This document shows positions 49,001 to 60,820 of a DNA stretch of 64,000 bases, piece after piece. Within the stretch, counting starts at the first letter, position 1. Each line of letters opens with the position of its first letter. Source of the stretch: Chlorokybus atmophyticus (taxonomy: Eukaryota; Plantae; Mesostigma and Chlorokybus algae); assembly GCA_009103225.1 (NCBI GenBank), contig RHPI01001855.1, forward strand, positions 62,001-126,000, given 5' to 3'. The notes beneath the pieces are model-generated. The model saw nothing but the letters and a program-made list of their open reading frames with translations, was not told the DNA's origin and did no database searches. The translations under genes were made by a program, and so were the position numbers.

Positions 49001-52000
49001 CTACCACTGACAGTGATGGCAACTGGAAGAGCTCCGTCTACACGGTTGAGGTGAAGATGTGCATAGGGGATTATTGTTGAGTGTGGCTGTGGGGAAAGGG
49101 AGACTGGTGTTGGTGTTAGTGGGGTGTGTTGACACATAATCTGCCATGCAGTCTATGGCGTGCAGAGGTAAGACCTTCAGCTACTGCACGGTGTATCCTT
49201 ACAAGAACATGCTACTTGGTTGCAAGAACATCCTCGGTGAGCAACTTTGGCAGGCTTGCGCTGCAATACTTTTATTGCATGCCATTACAGTGCCTCTCAA
49301 GGGTCATTAGACTCGTTTTATACATAGGCACAAGCAAATGCAACGACGACGCCCGCTTCACCAATGTTAGGCAGGGCCAAACCTACACTGCCAACTTCTG
49401 CACCATCCCCTTCATCTGCCCCGCAAGCTGTGCTCGAGTAAGAGACCATACCTCCCCCCCAGCTGCCCGTGCTCCACCATCTCCAAGGTACGATGAGTGT
49501 GTGTGCATGCGCGCGTGCATGCTTGCGTGCACGTGTTGTGAGACACATTCGCACTTACAATTGGGCTGATAGACCGCACTGTTCAGCGCGAACTATGAGC
49601 CAGTCACAGAGTCTGCATGTACCTCACTATGCATATAAACAGGTGTCGCCCCCCCCCCCCCCTTCTCCTCGAAGAGCTGCGCACATACAGCATGCACGCT
49701 CGCGCATGTGAACGCGCACGTGCATGCGCTCACATGCACAATGCGCACGTGCAGGTATGCAGACTGCCGCCAAGCTGGCAATCAGCAACCCGCTGCTGAA
49801 AAGAGCAAATGAGTTTGTGGTGCACGGTTCTGCCGCAAAGCCGTAGGGCCTACGCTGCCTACACTACCTCAACCCAGCTACTCGTGCTCTCCACCATCTC
49901 ATTTCAACTTTAAGGTGCGCTGTGCGTGCGTGCGTGCGTGCGTTGTTAGACATTGCTCATGTATGAATCTGCACGCATACATTTGGGCACAATTGGGCTG
50001 TTAGACCGCATTGTCCACACAGGCATGCGCATGCCTACATGTGCTTTTTGCTATGCTCGTGCACATACGCACCCTGATTGGGCCATAGACCGCATTTTTG
50101 ACATCCAGGACAGCCTATGAGGCTAGCTCATAGGCCGCACTGGACAGTGCGGCCTATAAGGCAGTTCTGCGTGTGTGTACACTATGCGTGTGAATAGATG
50201 CCCCCCCCNCCTTTTCAACAGACTCTCGTCGAACGTGCACACTCACACACATACAAGTGCAGGCACATGCGCAAGTGCATGCGCTCACGCGCAGGCGCAG
50301 ATATGGACTGTCCAAGCTGAAAGCCGCTGCTAAGAACAGAGAGCTAGTTCAAACAGCTTTGCATATGCCAGCACTACCTCGCCCAGTCTGTGCCCGCCAC
50401 CATCTTCAAGGTGCGACGTCACATGCATCCGTGTGTGTGTTGTGAGACATTGAGCTTCGCTTATGTGTGAATGTGCATGCACGTGCAAATGCGTAGGTCA
50501 GTTTGTGCTTGCCTGGCGTGCAAGCGCGCAATGACACATGACATGTGGTTTGTGTGATGATCTGTGGCCAATCAACAACATACTATTATAACAATACAAC
50601 GCATGTACAAGCTATCACAATACAGCCGTTCGCAGGGGTGCAGGTTGCGTGGCAGCCCTGTGGTCATGTGGTCTTAGTGGGCCGCCGAAGTACTCTCCAA
50701 AGCCTCAGGCATACAGTGTGCTGTTTTACCTGCGCATGTGCGGAAGTGATGGGTACGTGCACTATTGATGGGCGTACGCATGTATTTGTGTACTGTTTCA
50801 GCAAGTGAGGCTTAATGTACACCAAGCTTAAGTAGTCACTACCATCCTAGGTGATTCTATGCTAGTGTAACAACCGCACAACGCAATTGTTCATGCTGCA
50901 CATGTATTCATCATGTGAATTAATATGTGTCTACTTGCTCTGTGCAGTCATGACGTTGCTTAGTAGTAGAGCTGTTCCAATGGGTGTCATCAGTGCGCAT
51001 GCAGGTCGCAGTAACAACCTAGACAAGCATGTCGTCGTCACGGCCAGTGGACATTTACTAGGCCATGAGTGTGCAAGCCGGCTGCTAAGGACGCCATGGC
51101 TGTGGCCTGACGTCCGCCCTTGGCCTGGTCATGCTGGCCTAGTGACGACCAGCATGACCAAGCCAGCGGCGTGGCCTGGCACTCTTAGTATGGAGCACCA
51201 GGCCACGCCGCCCGCCAGGCCACTAGCAGCGGCGGTCCAACTGCGGTCAGCTGCCGCTTTATTGTGACGCAATTAAGCCATAGTTGCACAATACGTTCGA
51301 GTCACATAATGTATACGGTATAATACCGGTACTACTTGGTCGCAGCATTACATGCGCGGCAATACGCGCATTTAGGGTTATGATTCACTAGGGTGTGTCC
51401 AAAACCCTAACTTGCAGTGCAAGCCGTTGTTGTTGTCGCTGTCGTCGTCGTTGGCGGCGGCGGCGGCAGTAATTGCGGGCGCCCTTCAGTGGGCTTAGCT
51501 ACTGCAGCTGCTGGTCATTTGGGCGTGGTTGAGCGTGGAGCTGAGGAGCTGACAATTACGGTAAATGCCCTGAGAACTGTTGCCGCTCTTTCTTACTTGA
51601 CTGCGTGTACTCAATTGTGTGACGCTGTACATGCGTGCGTCAGTGTTCAGTATGTTCACATGTCGCATGTTGTATGCATGCGATAAGCATGTTTAACATA
51701 AGCAAGACAGCAAACGAATGGAAGCATGTGAAGGAGCAAGGCCATTCTAGCAACAAAAGCGTATATCAAGCCAAAGTAGAATGCATCTACTGCAAGAAAC
51801 AATTCCAAGCTGGCGTGACTCGTATTTGTGCACATCTGATAGCTAAGCCTGGTGTGGGAGTGGCAGCTTGTGCTCTTGTTCCTATCGAAGTGCGTGATCA
51901 CTTTCGGCAAGCTGAGCAGGCTTCCCTTGCTGCCATAGCTATCAAGAAAAAGCGCACTACCACAGACATTTTCAGCCACCAAACTAGCATTGGTTTGACA

Positions 52001-54366
52001 GAGACGAATAGCACAACCCGGCCAGCAAACACCATAGAGGCATGCCTAGGTAGGCAAGCAAAGGCTACAACCGATGAGGCAGTTGCACGACTGTTCTATG
52101 GATAGGGGTTTGTCGTTCAATCTAGCGCGCAGTCCTTTATGGAAGGCTGCCCTGAAGGCTGTGGCCAAGTATGGTCCCTCCTACATACCACCATCGTGCA
52201 ACACTCTTCGCACTAGCTTGTTGAAAAAGGTGAAGTTGGATGTGAACAGCATGCTGGATGATTATCGCATTAATGTTGCCAGAACAGGCTGCACAATATG
52301 CAGCGATGGGTGGACGGATGTAAACAGCCGCCCTTTGCTGAATTTATTGCAAGTCTCACCCGATGGTGCTGTATTTCTCAACGCCATCAACACTGAAGGC
52401 AAGACTAAGTCTGCTGTCTACATAGCGAAGCAAATGTGCTGCATTAACATCCAGTGAATTGCATGCACTTGACCCGTTGTTGCTCATGCTGCATGACCTG
52501 CTTGTAAGTTGCTGAATGTGTTGGTGGCGTACAGGTCGATCGAGCAATGCAGTGCAAGTGGTCACGGACAGCGCCAGTGCTTGCAAACTTAGTGGATCGA
52601 TCATCACCGACACATACCCGCACATTTGCTGGAGCCCTTGCTCGGCTCATGTACTTGATCTGATGCTAGAGGATATTGGGAAGCTTACATTCTTTGCAAC
52701 CAACATTGAAAAGGGCAATCCTTGGTGACTTTCATTGCCAATCACCATAAGAGCTTAGCTATATTCAGGTATGGGTCAAGCTTTGCGTTATGTAACATGC
52801 GTGTATGCTATACACATGCATGTGTGTGAACACTTGCATATGTTAGCAACACATGCATGTGTGCAGCATACACGCATGTCTTGTGCTTACTGACTGCTTA
52901 TTGCTGCTACTTGCTAATGCTTACTTACATCACCTTTGTATCATAGGTCTAAGACTTCTAAAACGCTCCTCAAGCCAGGAGAGACCAGATTTGCGTCGGC
53001 CTTCATCGTGCTGCAGCGCCTCTTGGAGGTTAGGGGGGAGCTGGCCAAACAGTAGTTGATGATGAGTGGGTTCGTTGGGCAGCCCAATCAGGCGTGCATC
53101 AACGCGGTGCAGAGCTAGCAAAAGAGGTGGTGCTTTCTTCACAGTTCTGGCGCTAAGTGGGGCAGATTATTGCCGCTCTAGAGCCTCTCATCAAAGTGTT
53201 GCGCTTGGTAGATGGCAACCACCCAACCATGGGTACGTGGTATTTAACTTGCAGTTAACTTTACTGGAATTGCAGCGCTCAACCATGCTAGTTGCTGTGT
53301 GTATTGATAGGCAAGTTGTACCAGCGCATGATGGCTGCTCGCGAAACACTGCAAGCATCAATCTTGCCAGGGGCGCTACTGCACACTGTCCTTGATCGCT
53401 TTGAAGTTCGTTGGAAGATGATGAAGACTGACCTCCTTTGTGCTGGGTTCATGCTCGACCCCGAGTTTCGCCTTATGAATCAGCATGAGCAAGAGGAGGT
53501 CATGGATGGTTTTTACAACATCGCCGAGAAGGTGTTCCCAAGTCAGGATGATCAAGTGCAGCTAGCACTGCAACTGACACAGTACCGTAGTGGACATGGA
53601 TTATTTGCACGAGATGCGGCTAAGGGTTCTGCAATGAGCATGTCTGCGCATTAGTGGTGGCTGCAATTTGGAGGCAGTGTGCCTCAACTGCAGCGCATAA
53701 CAGTTCGTGTGCTTGCCCAAGTGACAGTTGCATCGTCATGCGAGCGCAATTGAAGCGCGTATGACTATGTTCACAACAAGAAGCGCAACAAGCTTCGATC
53801 AATGAAAGCGCGTGACCTCGTGTGGGTGTTCAGCAACATACGCTTGCTTCAGACCATCTCTGATGCTGCATATGAGGAGCAATTTGCAGCATGGGATTCC
53901 ACATCATTGGGTGATGACAGTGACGGTAGTGATGATGACGATACATCACTTGATGAGGATGTGGCGGCTATGTTAGCATTTAATACTGAGCTGTGATGAG
54001 TCTATGACTTGAGCTAAGCTCATATTTTTGTGATAATTTATAGCAGCTGTTGTGTTTGCATTGCAATGCATGTTTAAGCGTATGATGATGCTGCACATCT
54101 TGTGTATGGGAAGAGTGCGTATGACGCCTTGGCCGTATTGACTCTGAGCACTGGACGTATAATACCCGTATCAATCGTTCGCAGTGTTCCATACCGTATA
54201 CGCATTGTGCAACTATGTGACAAACCCGCATTTGTTCACCAGGCTTGGTCCCCGCGTTCGGACCAAGGCGGGTGACCCTGGTCCGGGCCTCGAGCCGCCC
54301 TGGCGTTTTTGCCCTGGTCCGTACGTGCGGACCAGGGCTGGTCCGTAGAGAAAATTCCGTGTGAAT
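46031..54366. mobile_element. Unclassified 8.3-kb insertion with GGACC/GGTCC palindrome clusters at both ends (contains the hAT)
   Basis: It interrupts the CACTA ORF between YYKRMTA and KKQVIG. GGACCA-N4-TGGTCC occurs at 46114-46129 and 54329-54344, with many partial copies. No TIR or TSD found; the boundaries are inferred from frame restoration. Confidence 0.55.
51279..54217 (+). mobile_element. hAT DNA transposon (BED finger, DUF659, dimerisation domain), transposase pseudogene at ~51690-53996
   Basis: TIRs are CATAGTTGCACAATACG (51279) and CGCATTGTGCAACTATG (54201-54217), a 16/17 match, with ATACGG/CCGTAT subterminal motifs. Protein motifs: CIYCKK..RICAHL, TICSDGWTD, VQVVTD, PCSAHVLDLMLEDIG, ETRFAS, ASSCERN. 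Several stops. No 8-bp TSD found. Confidence 0.9.
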
Positions 54367-56109
54367 GCCGTCATCCTTTTATAATATGTCACAAAGTTTA
54401 TAAGATTGTGTTCTTCTGATCTTTGCCAATATCATGAGCGTAGCAAGTACTGAAAAACCACCGACCACAGATTGTGTTTGTCATGCGATTTCATTGAACC
54501 TGTGTGTGCACTATGTCAGAGTTGCTGTGCACAACAGTTCTTTAACAGGACATTCAATTGCTTTACAAGCAGTGCTATAACATGCCTGCTGTCTCACTTA
54601 AGTGCTTTGTAAAAGATTGGAGTTTAGAGCCGAAAGTTCTTGGAACTCTCACACACGAGAGTAAATTCTCTACCTGCCCTACATGCGTGATAGCCCATGG
54701 AGCATGAGGTCTGATCTTGACTACTACTTCCTTTCCATCAACAACCTTCATCTCTGTCTGCAGAGCCCAGCACAACGGTCATCACGCAGAGGCACACGAA
54801 TTGCATGCGCACATCACACAATCGCATAAGCCGGCCATACCTCTAGCCAGAGGTTGGCATGCGTCCTTGCTGCCGCATATCTTCTCTTGCCTCGTTGCTA
54901 GCGCGCAAGCCAGCAAGCAGATTGGCCAGATTGGTTGCCAGGTTGGCAAAGATGTGCATGGGTCTAATCACATGACCCTTGACAGAATTCTGTAAAGGAA
55001 GCCAATATGGAAGATTGTGAAAACAGCTCAAGCCAAGGATGCCAGAAGACTCGGAAGGATATCTCTTTATCAAGTCAAGTGGACGCTGGCTTTTGCGTGA
55101 TGTCATGGCGTACCTGTTTGTATGGCATTCATAACTTCAAATTGGGTAACAATGCTATCTTTGGCAATCTGACAATTGAGTAGGCAATGAGTCGATATTG
55201 CTTACCGATACATGCTCTCCGCAGTCCGCAATGGAGGTGCAGGTCTGAGTTCTGGGTGTTGCCAATGCTGATCTGTGCGATATGGATGGTCATTTGGTAG
55301 GTAACGACGGTAGCGTTGGTAGATCACCTTCTTCAAGAGGTCTACATGTTCTCCGCGGCACTCGCATTTAGAACAGCCAAAGATGGCTCCATGCGCCATC
55401 TGCATGGCAGCTTTGGCCAGAGCTCCATGGCAGCTTTGGCCAGAGCTGCACAACCACAATCAACTACATCAGATCCATCTTCATTGTGTGGTATTTGCAA
55501 AACCTAGCTACACAGACACCAATAGCATGTCAAACCTGGATAATCGTGGATGACAATTTCTAAAAGAGATCTGCACTTGAAGACTCGAGGTGACTATCGT
55601 ATATTTCAATACCTGAACGTTACCAACAATATCAAAATCCACAACTGTCAAAATAAGTTGATGCTACAATACCTGCCCAAAGGCTGCCTAACTGGTCAAT
55701 GATTGGCCTCAGGTAAGCCTGGAGATTTTTTGGCTGCTTAGCAGCAGGTATCATAGCTGCCATAAAAGAAGTGTCCGTCTTATGCATTTTGGTAATTGGC
55801 AGGTTCAGCACTGAAATTGTGACAACCCAAAATTCATAGTTCCCTGCAAGTCAACAAACATATTAAACCATTTGTACAGTCTCACACCACGTTGAGCACA
55901 CGGCAAACAATGCACTTCAATACCTTTGTGCGGATTTTGAATGGGCTCATCCCGTCAATGAACTTTGCTAGCCGTATATTGCGTGGTTCATTAGCAAACC
56001 GGCTGTAGTGATCATCAGTGTCCTTGAACATTGGCGAGTCTGATGGCAGCAAGAACACCGAGGGTTTACAACAGACTGTCCCAACTGACTCGCCAACACA
56101 TTTACACAT

Positions 56110-56330
56110 GCACAAAAGCACCACGCAAGGATGCTAAGGACTTACATGCCGCCCCAGCATGTCACCAACGAGCTCACGAAAAACACGAAACAAGGCAGGA
56201 CGTCAAGGTCTTACATGCCGCCCCAACGTCTCACCAACACATTCACGCATGCAAAAAAGCACAAGGCAAGAACACTGAGGCCTTACATGCCGCCCCAGCA
56301 TTTTACCAACAATTCATGCACGCACAAACA
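56110..56330. repeat. Three-unit 69/72-bp tandem repeat in a CACTA intron
   Basis: CTTACATGCCGCCCC occurs at 56141, 56210 and 56282. Confidence 0.9.
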
Positions 56331-58249
56331 AAAGCCCTACAATCAAGAGCAGTTGTACCTCATTTGAAATTCAACTTGTCAATGCAATTGACATGTTACC
56401 GTGTATGGATCGTATAATCCCATCCAAACTGCGCTTTGTGTGCGCCGTCATCTCCGCAGCCATGGTAGGTTTTAGGTACAAAGACCTCAGTGCAGCAGGC
56501 AAATCAAAGTAGCGTGCGGTCTTCCATGCATCTTGTCTACCTCTAATGTTTCTGTGGCGAGGTGTTTTGCAGACTGCAAGGCATCAGTTGATCGCTCACT
56601 TATGGGTCATGCAGTGACCATGCAACTGCTAAGGAAATTCAACAACTGCTCACCTTTGCTAAGTTTCCTCTTGGCATATCTTCCACAGTATACCATATAA
56701 TCACACCTACAGGCGTCGTACGCCTAAAAGCCCATATTTAGACTGGCAAGACAATCCAAAATCTCTGGTATGCTTCTTGGCATCTTGTTTGTCTTGGGCA
56801 AAACAACATCATGCATCAACCTGTTACACAGACCAACCACTAGGCAATTTGAACATGCAGAATGTAGCGAGGTCTTGCATTTTGTTTGTAAAACTCTGCA
56901 CTCGCACCTCAATACCTTGTTCATGAAGTTGAAAGGTATTCGATGTAGTTGAGCCAAGACCAGTAGCACCATGGAAATGCCCATAGGGGTTGTGCGCGAA
57001 TCAGCAACATCAGGGTTATTCATTGTCCAACAGCGCAGCATTCACGTCATCAAGCAGTAATGCATCACTACCGCGTGGATTGCCCTCCTGCTCGGACTCC
57101 ACATCGGTTTAGTAGTCTTGGCCAGGTTTGTCTTCAACTTGCTTAGTATTCACTTGCTCAGAAGTTGAGGCGAAAGGCGCTTGAATATCAAGCTCTATTG
57201 CATCAACGAATTTGGTTGTGGGACCTTGATGTTCTGGCGATACTAGCTGGTGCCCTTCCCCATCATCATTCGCACACAGCATCTTGCAGCGCAAACTGCA
57301 GCAGACGGCACATGCACGATAGGCAAAGCTAGCAATGATGAACATACGTTTTGGGTCAGTTTGTACCTTTAGGATGTAAGTGAGCTTGAGATTTGCAATG
57401 AGATGCAACGCTCGTTTGTGTTGTGTCTGCTTGGCACCATGTTCAAGTTGGATGTGTACCGCCATCGCATCTTTGAGACAAACCCTCCTGTGATCTCAAA
57501 CTTGAAATGCAACCACACTGGTTCTGTACTTGAAGAGCTGGCAACGCACACGGAGCAGCACCAGCAGTTGCTACCTGGGGAGAGGCAAATTTACCCGGTG
57601 TACGGCCAAGCATCTTGCCGTGATACTATTGCAGGGTGGCAGTCTGCAATGCAGGTGGAGTGGATGGAAGCGGAATCGGAAATAAAGAATGCCATTCCAC
57701 CGACTTCCTCTGAACATGCAGGCAGGCTGTTGCTAAAAGCTATAGGCTTCACTGTTGATTACCGTCCTTTCTACTGATCCTGTGTACAAACAATTGCTTA
57801 GACAATATCATCAACTTACGAGCTGTGCTGGCAAACTTGTGTGGTCATTATCTGCACTGGTTTCAGCTTGACCACTTGTGACTTCATCAGCCAGTGCCAG
57901 CTAGAATGCCATATGGCAGCATGAAGGGATGCCGAGATTAACAAGGAAACTTACAACTGCACAATTGTGATGCGCAACTTGCTAGATGAGAGACGAGTTT
58001 TCTTGCAAAGCGCCGACTGCGCTGTGCCGGTTACCCAACTAAGAGAACACCTCCTGCGGGTTCACTGTTCACTGTTTACGATGGTGAGGTCGCAGGGGCT
58101 CCTGCAAACACAACAGTCGCAATGTTAACAACAGCAGTTCTTGCAAAAACTGCAAATGTATAAGCAGTCTCCATGCCTGTTCCAACCTGCAAAGCTGGTA
58201 GTGCTTTTACAAGGTTGCAATTCCAGCTATCTTTGCTGCTGTTGCTCCT

Positions 58250-59483
58250 TCTCCTTTCGCTCCCGCCGCTGCTTCCGTTGCTCCTTTGCCTCCTGAACTT
58301 TTTATTACTCTGCTACCGCTCCTCCGCTTTCTGCTGAATTAGCTGCTGACGCAACTGCTCCTGCTGCTCAGGCGTGTCCTATGCAGCTATTATCTCCTTC
58401 ACGCGCTCATGTGTAGAGTGCCTGACTAGCTTCTTGTCCACCGGACAACTGGTGATGCATTCCGCTTGTTGCAATATCAGCAGCTCCTTGCGGTTTGCTT
58501 TGCCAAACAGAAATTTGTTTCAATTCAGGAGGTGTGCTTGCTGTTGGCCAAGTAGGGTCTTTTTAAAATCCTTAGCAGTAGACACAAGCAGATTGAATTG
58601 ATCTACTCGCCAATCTTGATTGCCAGGACCCTTAGGCACGCCGATGCGCACGTCTTTTCCGAAGTCCCTTGAAAAACAGCTGTACTTTAAGGGTCTCGTG
58701 GACCAGTTGCTCGTTGGCGTTTGCAACCCTGCATAATTGTGCAAACTGCGCGTAATACTCTTGAACAATGCGAAGTCCCTGTTGCACATGCAGCTTCTGG
58801 CACCGGCAGGCATGTTGTCCCTTTGCAAAGCAGCTCGCTGTTGGCGGCGTGACGGGCGGCGTTTGCGTTTCTTCGAGGGGGGTTCAGATTCACAAGGTGC
58901 AGGATCACTGGTTGCTGCGGTGCTAACGTCAAGTGACATCTCATTGGTTGCTGCAATAGCACCCTCAACTGCACCACTGACCTGCATCGCTTCAGCCTCC
59001 TCCTCATCAGTGACATCGACTTGCATAGCTTCAGCCTCCTGCCGCTATTTGGCCTTCGCCCCCTCCTGCTTGGCCTTGGCTTTAGCCTCCTCCTGCCTCT
59101 GCTTGGCCTCAGCCTCCTCCTGCTTGGCCTTGGCCTCAGCCTCCTGCCATTGCTGCGCTTCAGCCTCCTCCCGCCTCTGTTTGGCTTCAACCTCAACCTG
59201 TTGCCGTAACAACCGCCGTAACAACTGTCGCGCTTCAGCCTCCTCTTGCCTCTGCTTGGCCTCGGCCTCGGCCTCAGCCTCCTGCCGTAACAACTGTTGC
59301 ACTGCAGCCTCCTCTTCCAGCTTGGCCCTGGCTTTGACTTGCTGCTTGGCAGCATTAATAGCAACTATAGTTTGTGGACCCATCCACTTTTAAGCCCTCT
59401 GGGCCTTGGCTTGTGCCTCAGCTTTGTGCTTGGGCTGGGGCTCAGCTTGCTGCTCGGCCTGGGCCTGGGCCTGGGCTTGGGCC
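58250..59483 (-). pseudogene. Decayed Ala/Glu/Gln-rich coiled-coil ORF of unknown function (possibly a CACTA accessory ORF)
   Basis: EAEAKQRQEE repeats, a basic KKRKRRPSRR patch and then a globular-looking segment, broken by stops. It is on the same strand as, and upstream of, CACTA transposase 1. Confidence 0.45.
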
Positions 59484-60820
59484 ACTCCGCTTCGGACGTG
59501 GATGCCGCTGTAGTTAGCTGCAGCCTGCTGTTCCAGCTCACAGCTCCTCCGTTGAGTATGAACACATAGCCAGTAGTAGACCTTCTGCTGTCGAGGTCTC
59601 CAGCAAAGTCCGAGTCGCAATAGCCTATCAGCTTAGTGTCGCCGCGACCAAACTTGATGCCAACAATAGCGCTTCCCGCCACATAGCGTAGTACCCCCTT
59701 TGCAGCCCTGCAGTGCTCAATCGACGGTGCAGACATGTAGCGAGCAAGGACTCTACAGCATGTGCAATGTCTGGACGCGTGCACACTGCCAAATAGAGCA
59801 TGCTGCCTATCAGCTCACCGAAAGGGTATTGAGGCTTGTTAAGTACCTCTCCCTCCTTCCCCTTTACGAGGTTGGTACCAACCGTTCGTGGTGTAGACTT
59901 GGTCTTTGCCTCAGTTGATCCAAACTTGGCAACCAGTCTTTATTCCATCTGTTCCTGGCTGATCTTGATAGTGCGCGCCGCTCTGTTGCGCTCAACCATG
60001 CCAAGAAAGAACTTGGCCTCTCCAAGATCACGCACTGAGAATGCTTGTTGCAGTGCAAGCTGCATCTCGTGCAAGAACTCCACTTGCCTTGCGTTGACGA
60101 TAATGTTGTCCACATATACCAACAACCACACCTTCTTTGCCTCGTGGAAGAAGAGCCCAGGGTCAGCGGTTGATGCCTTGAAGCCCAACGACTCCAACTC
60201 TTTTGTAAGCCGAATGTGCCACATACGAGGTGCTTGCCGTAGCCCGTATAATGCCTTGATCAGCTTGCAGGCCATACCGCGCTCTCTTTCTTCATAGCCA
60301 GGTGGTTGCTCGATGTAGATCTCTTCCTCTAACTCTCCATAAAGGAAGGCAATTTTCACATCGAGGTGATGCATCTTAAGGTCCTCCGCAGCAACCATAG
60401 CCAACAATGCACGAAAGGTGACATGCTTACTTGCGGGAGCAAAAACTTCTGTAAAGTTAACGCCCTCTTGTTGCAGGAAGCCCTTTGCCACCAGCCTTGC
60501 CTTGTACCGCTCAATGTTGCCTTGACCATCACGCTTCACCTTGAAGACCCACTTGACAGGAATGGGCTTAGCACCTTCCGGCATCTTCTCCAACACCCAA
60601 GTATTATTGGCGTGAAGTGACGCAATCTCCTTGTCCATAGCCCGCTGCCACTGCTCCGCGTCAGGTGCGCGCAACGCCTCCACATAGGTGCTTGGCTCCT
60701 CCTTATCCTTTTGCACACTCGCCACGTGTGCCTTATAAAAGTCAGGTGCACTTCTCTCCCTCTCAGGATACCTGCGAGTTGAGTGGTGCTGATGTTGCTC
60801 CACATTGTTAGCCTTGGTCA
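59484..60820 (-). mobile_element. Ty1/Copia RT and start of RNase H, internal fragment without LTRs
   Basis: Motifs: EPSTYVEAL, KWVFKVK..RYKARLVAKGF.Q.EG, LDVKIAFLYG, KALYGLRQAPR.W, LVYVDN, GYCDSDFAGD..RRSTTGYVF, STSEAE. The fragment is then cut abruptly. Confidence 0.95.

Larger units (their letters stand above)
38691..57465 (-). pseudogene. CACTA/EnSpm TNP2-like transposase (element 1), fragmented by two large insertions
   Basis: Exons in the expected order: LPKTNKMPRS..AYDAC (~56700), RYFDLPAALRSL (~56480), RNIRLAKFIDGMSPF (~55950), LNLP..QAYLRPIIDQL (~55750), HDYPG (~55550), RYRRYLPNDHPYR (~55300), LPYW..HVIRPMHIF (~54980), MKSHD (~54490), MELFFP..MLHLLGH..GPVRDHW..ERFM (DUF4218-like, ~45800), and DUF4216-like LLRARWY (~38850). 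Stops and frameshifts are present. CACTA termini were not found. Confidence 0.88.

Noticed and set aside
51271-51278. 8-bp TSD for the hAT
   Set aside because: The flanks AATTAAGC and TGACAAAC do not match, so no TSD is claimed.
51371-51411. TTTAGGG and CCCTAA telomere-like words
   Set aside because: Single isolated copies, not an array.
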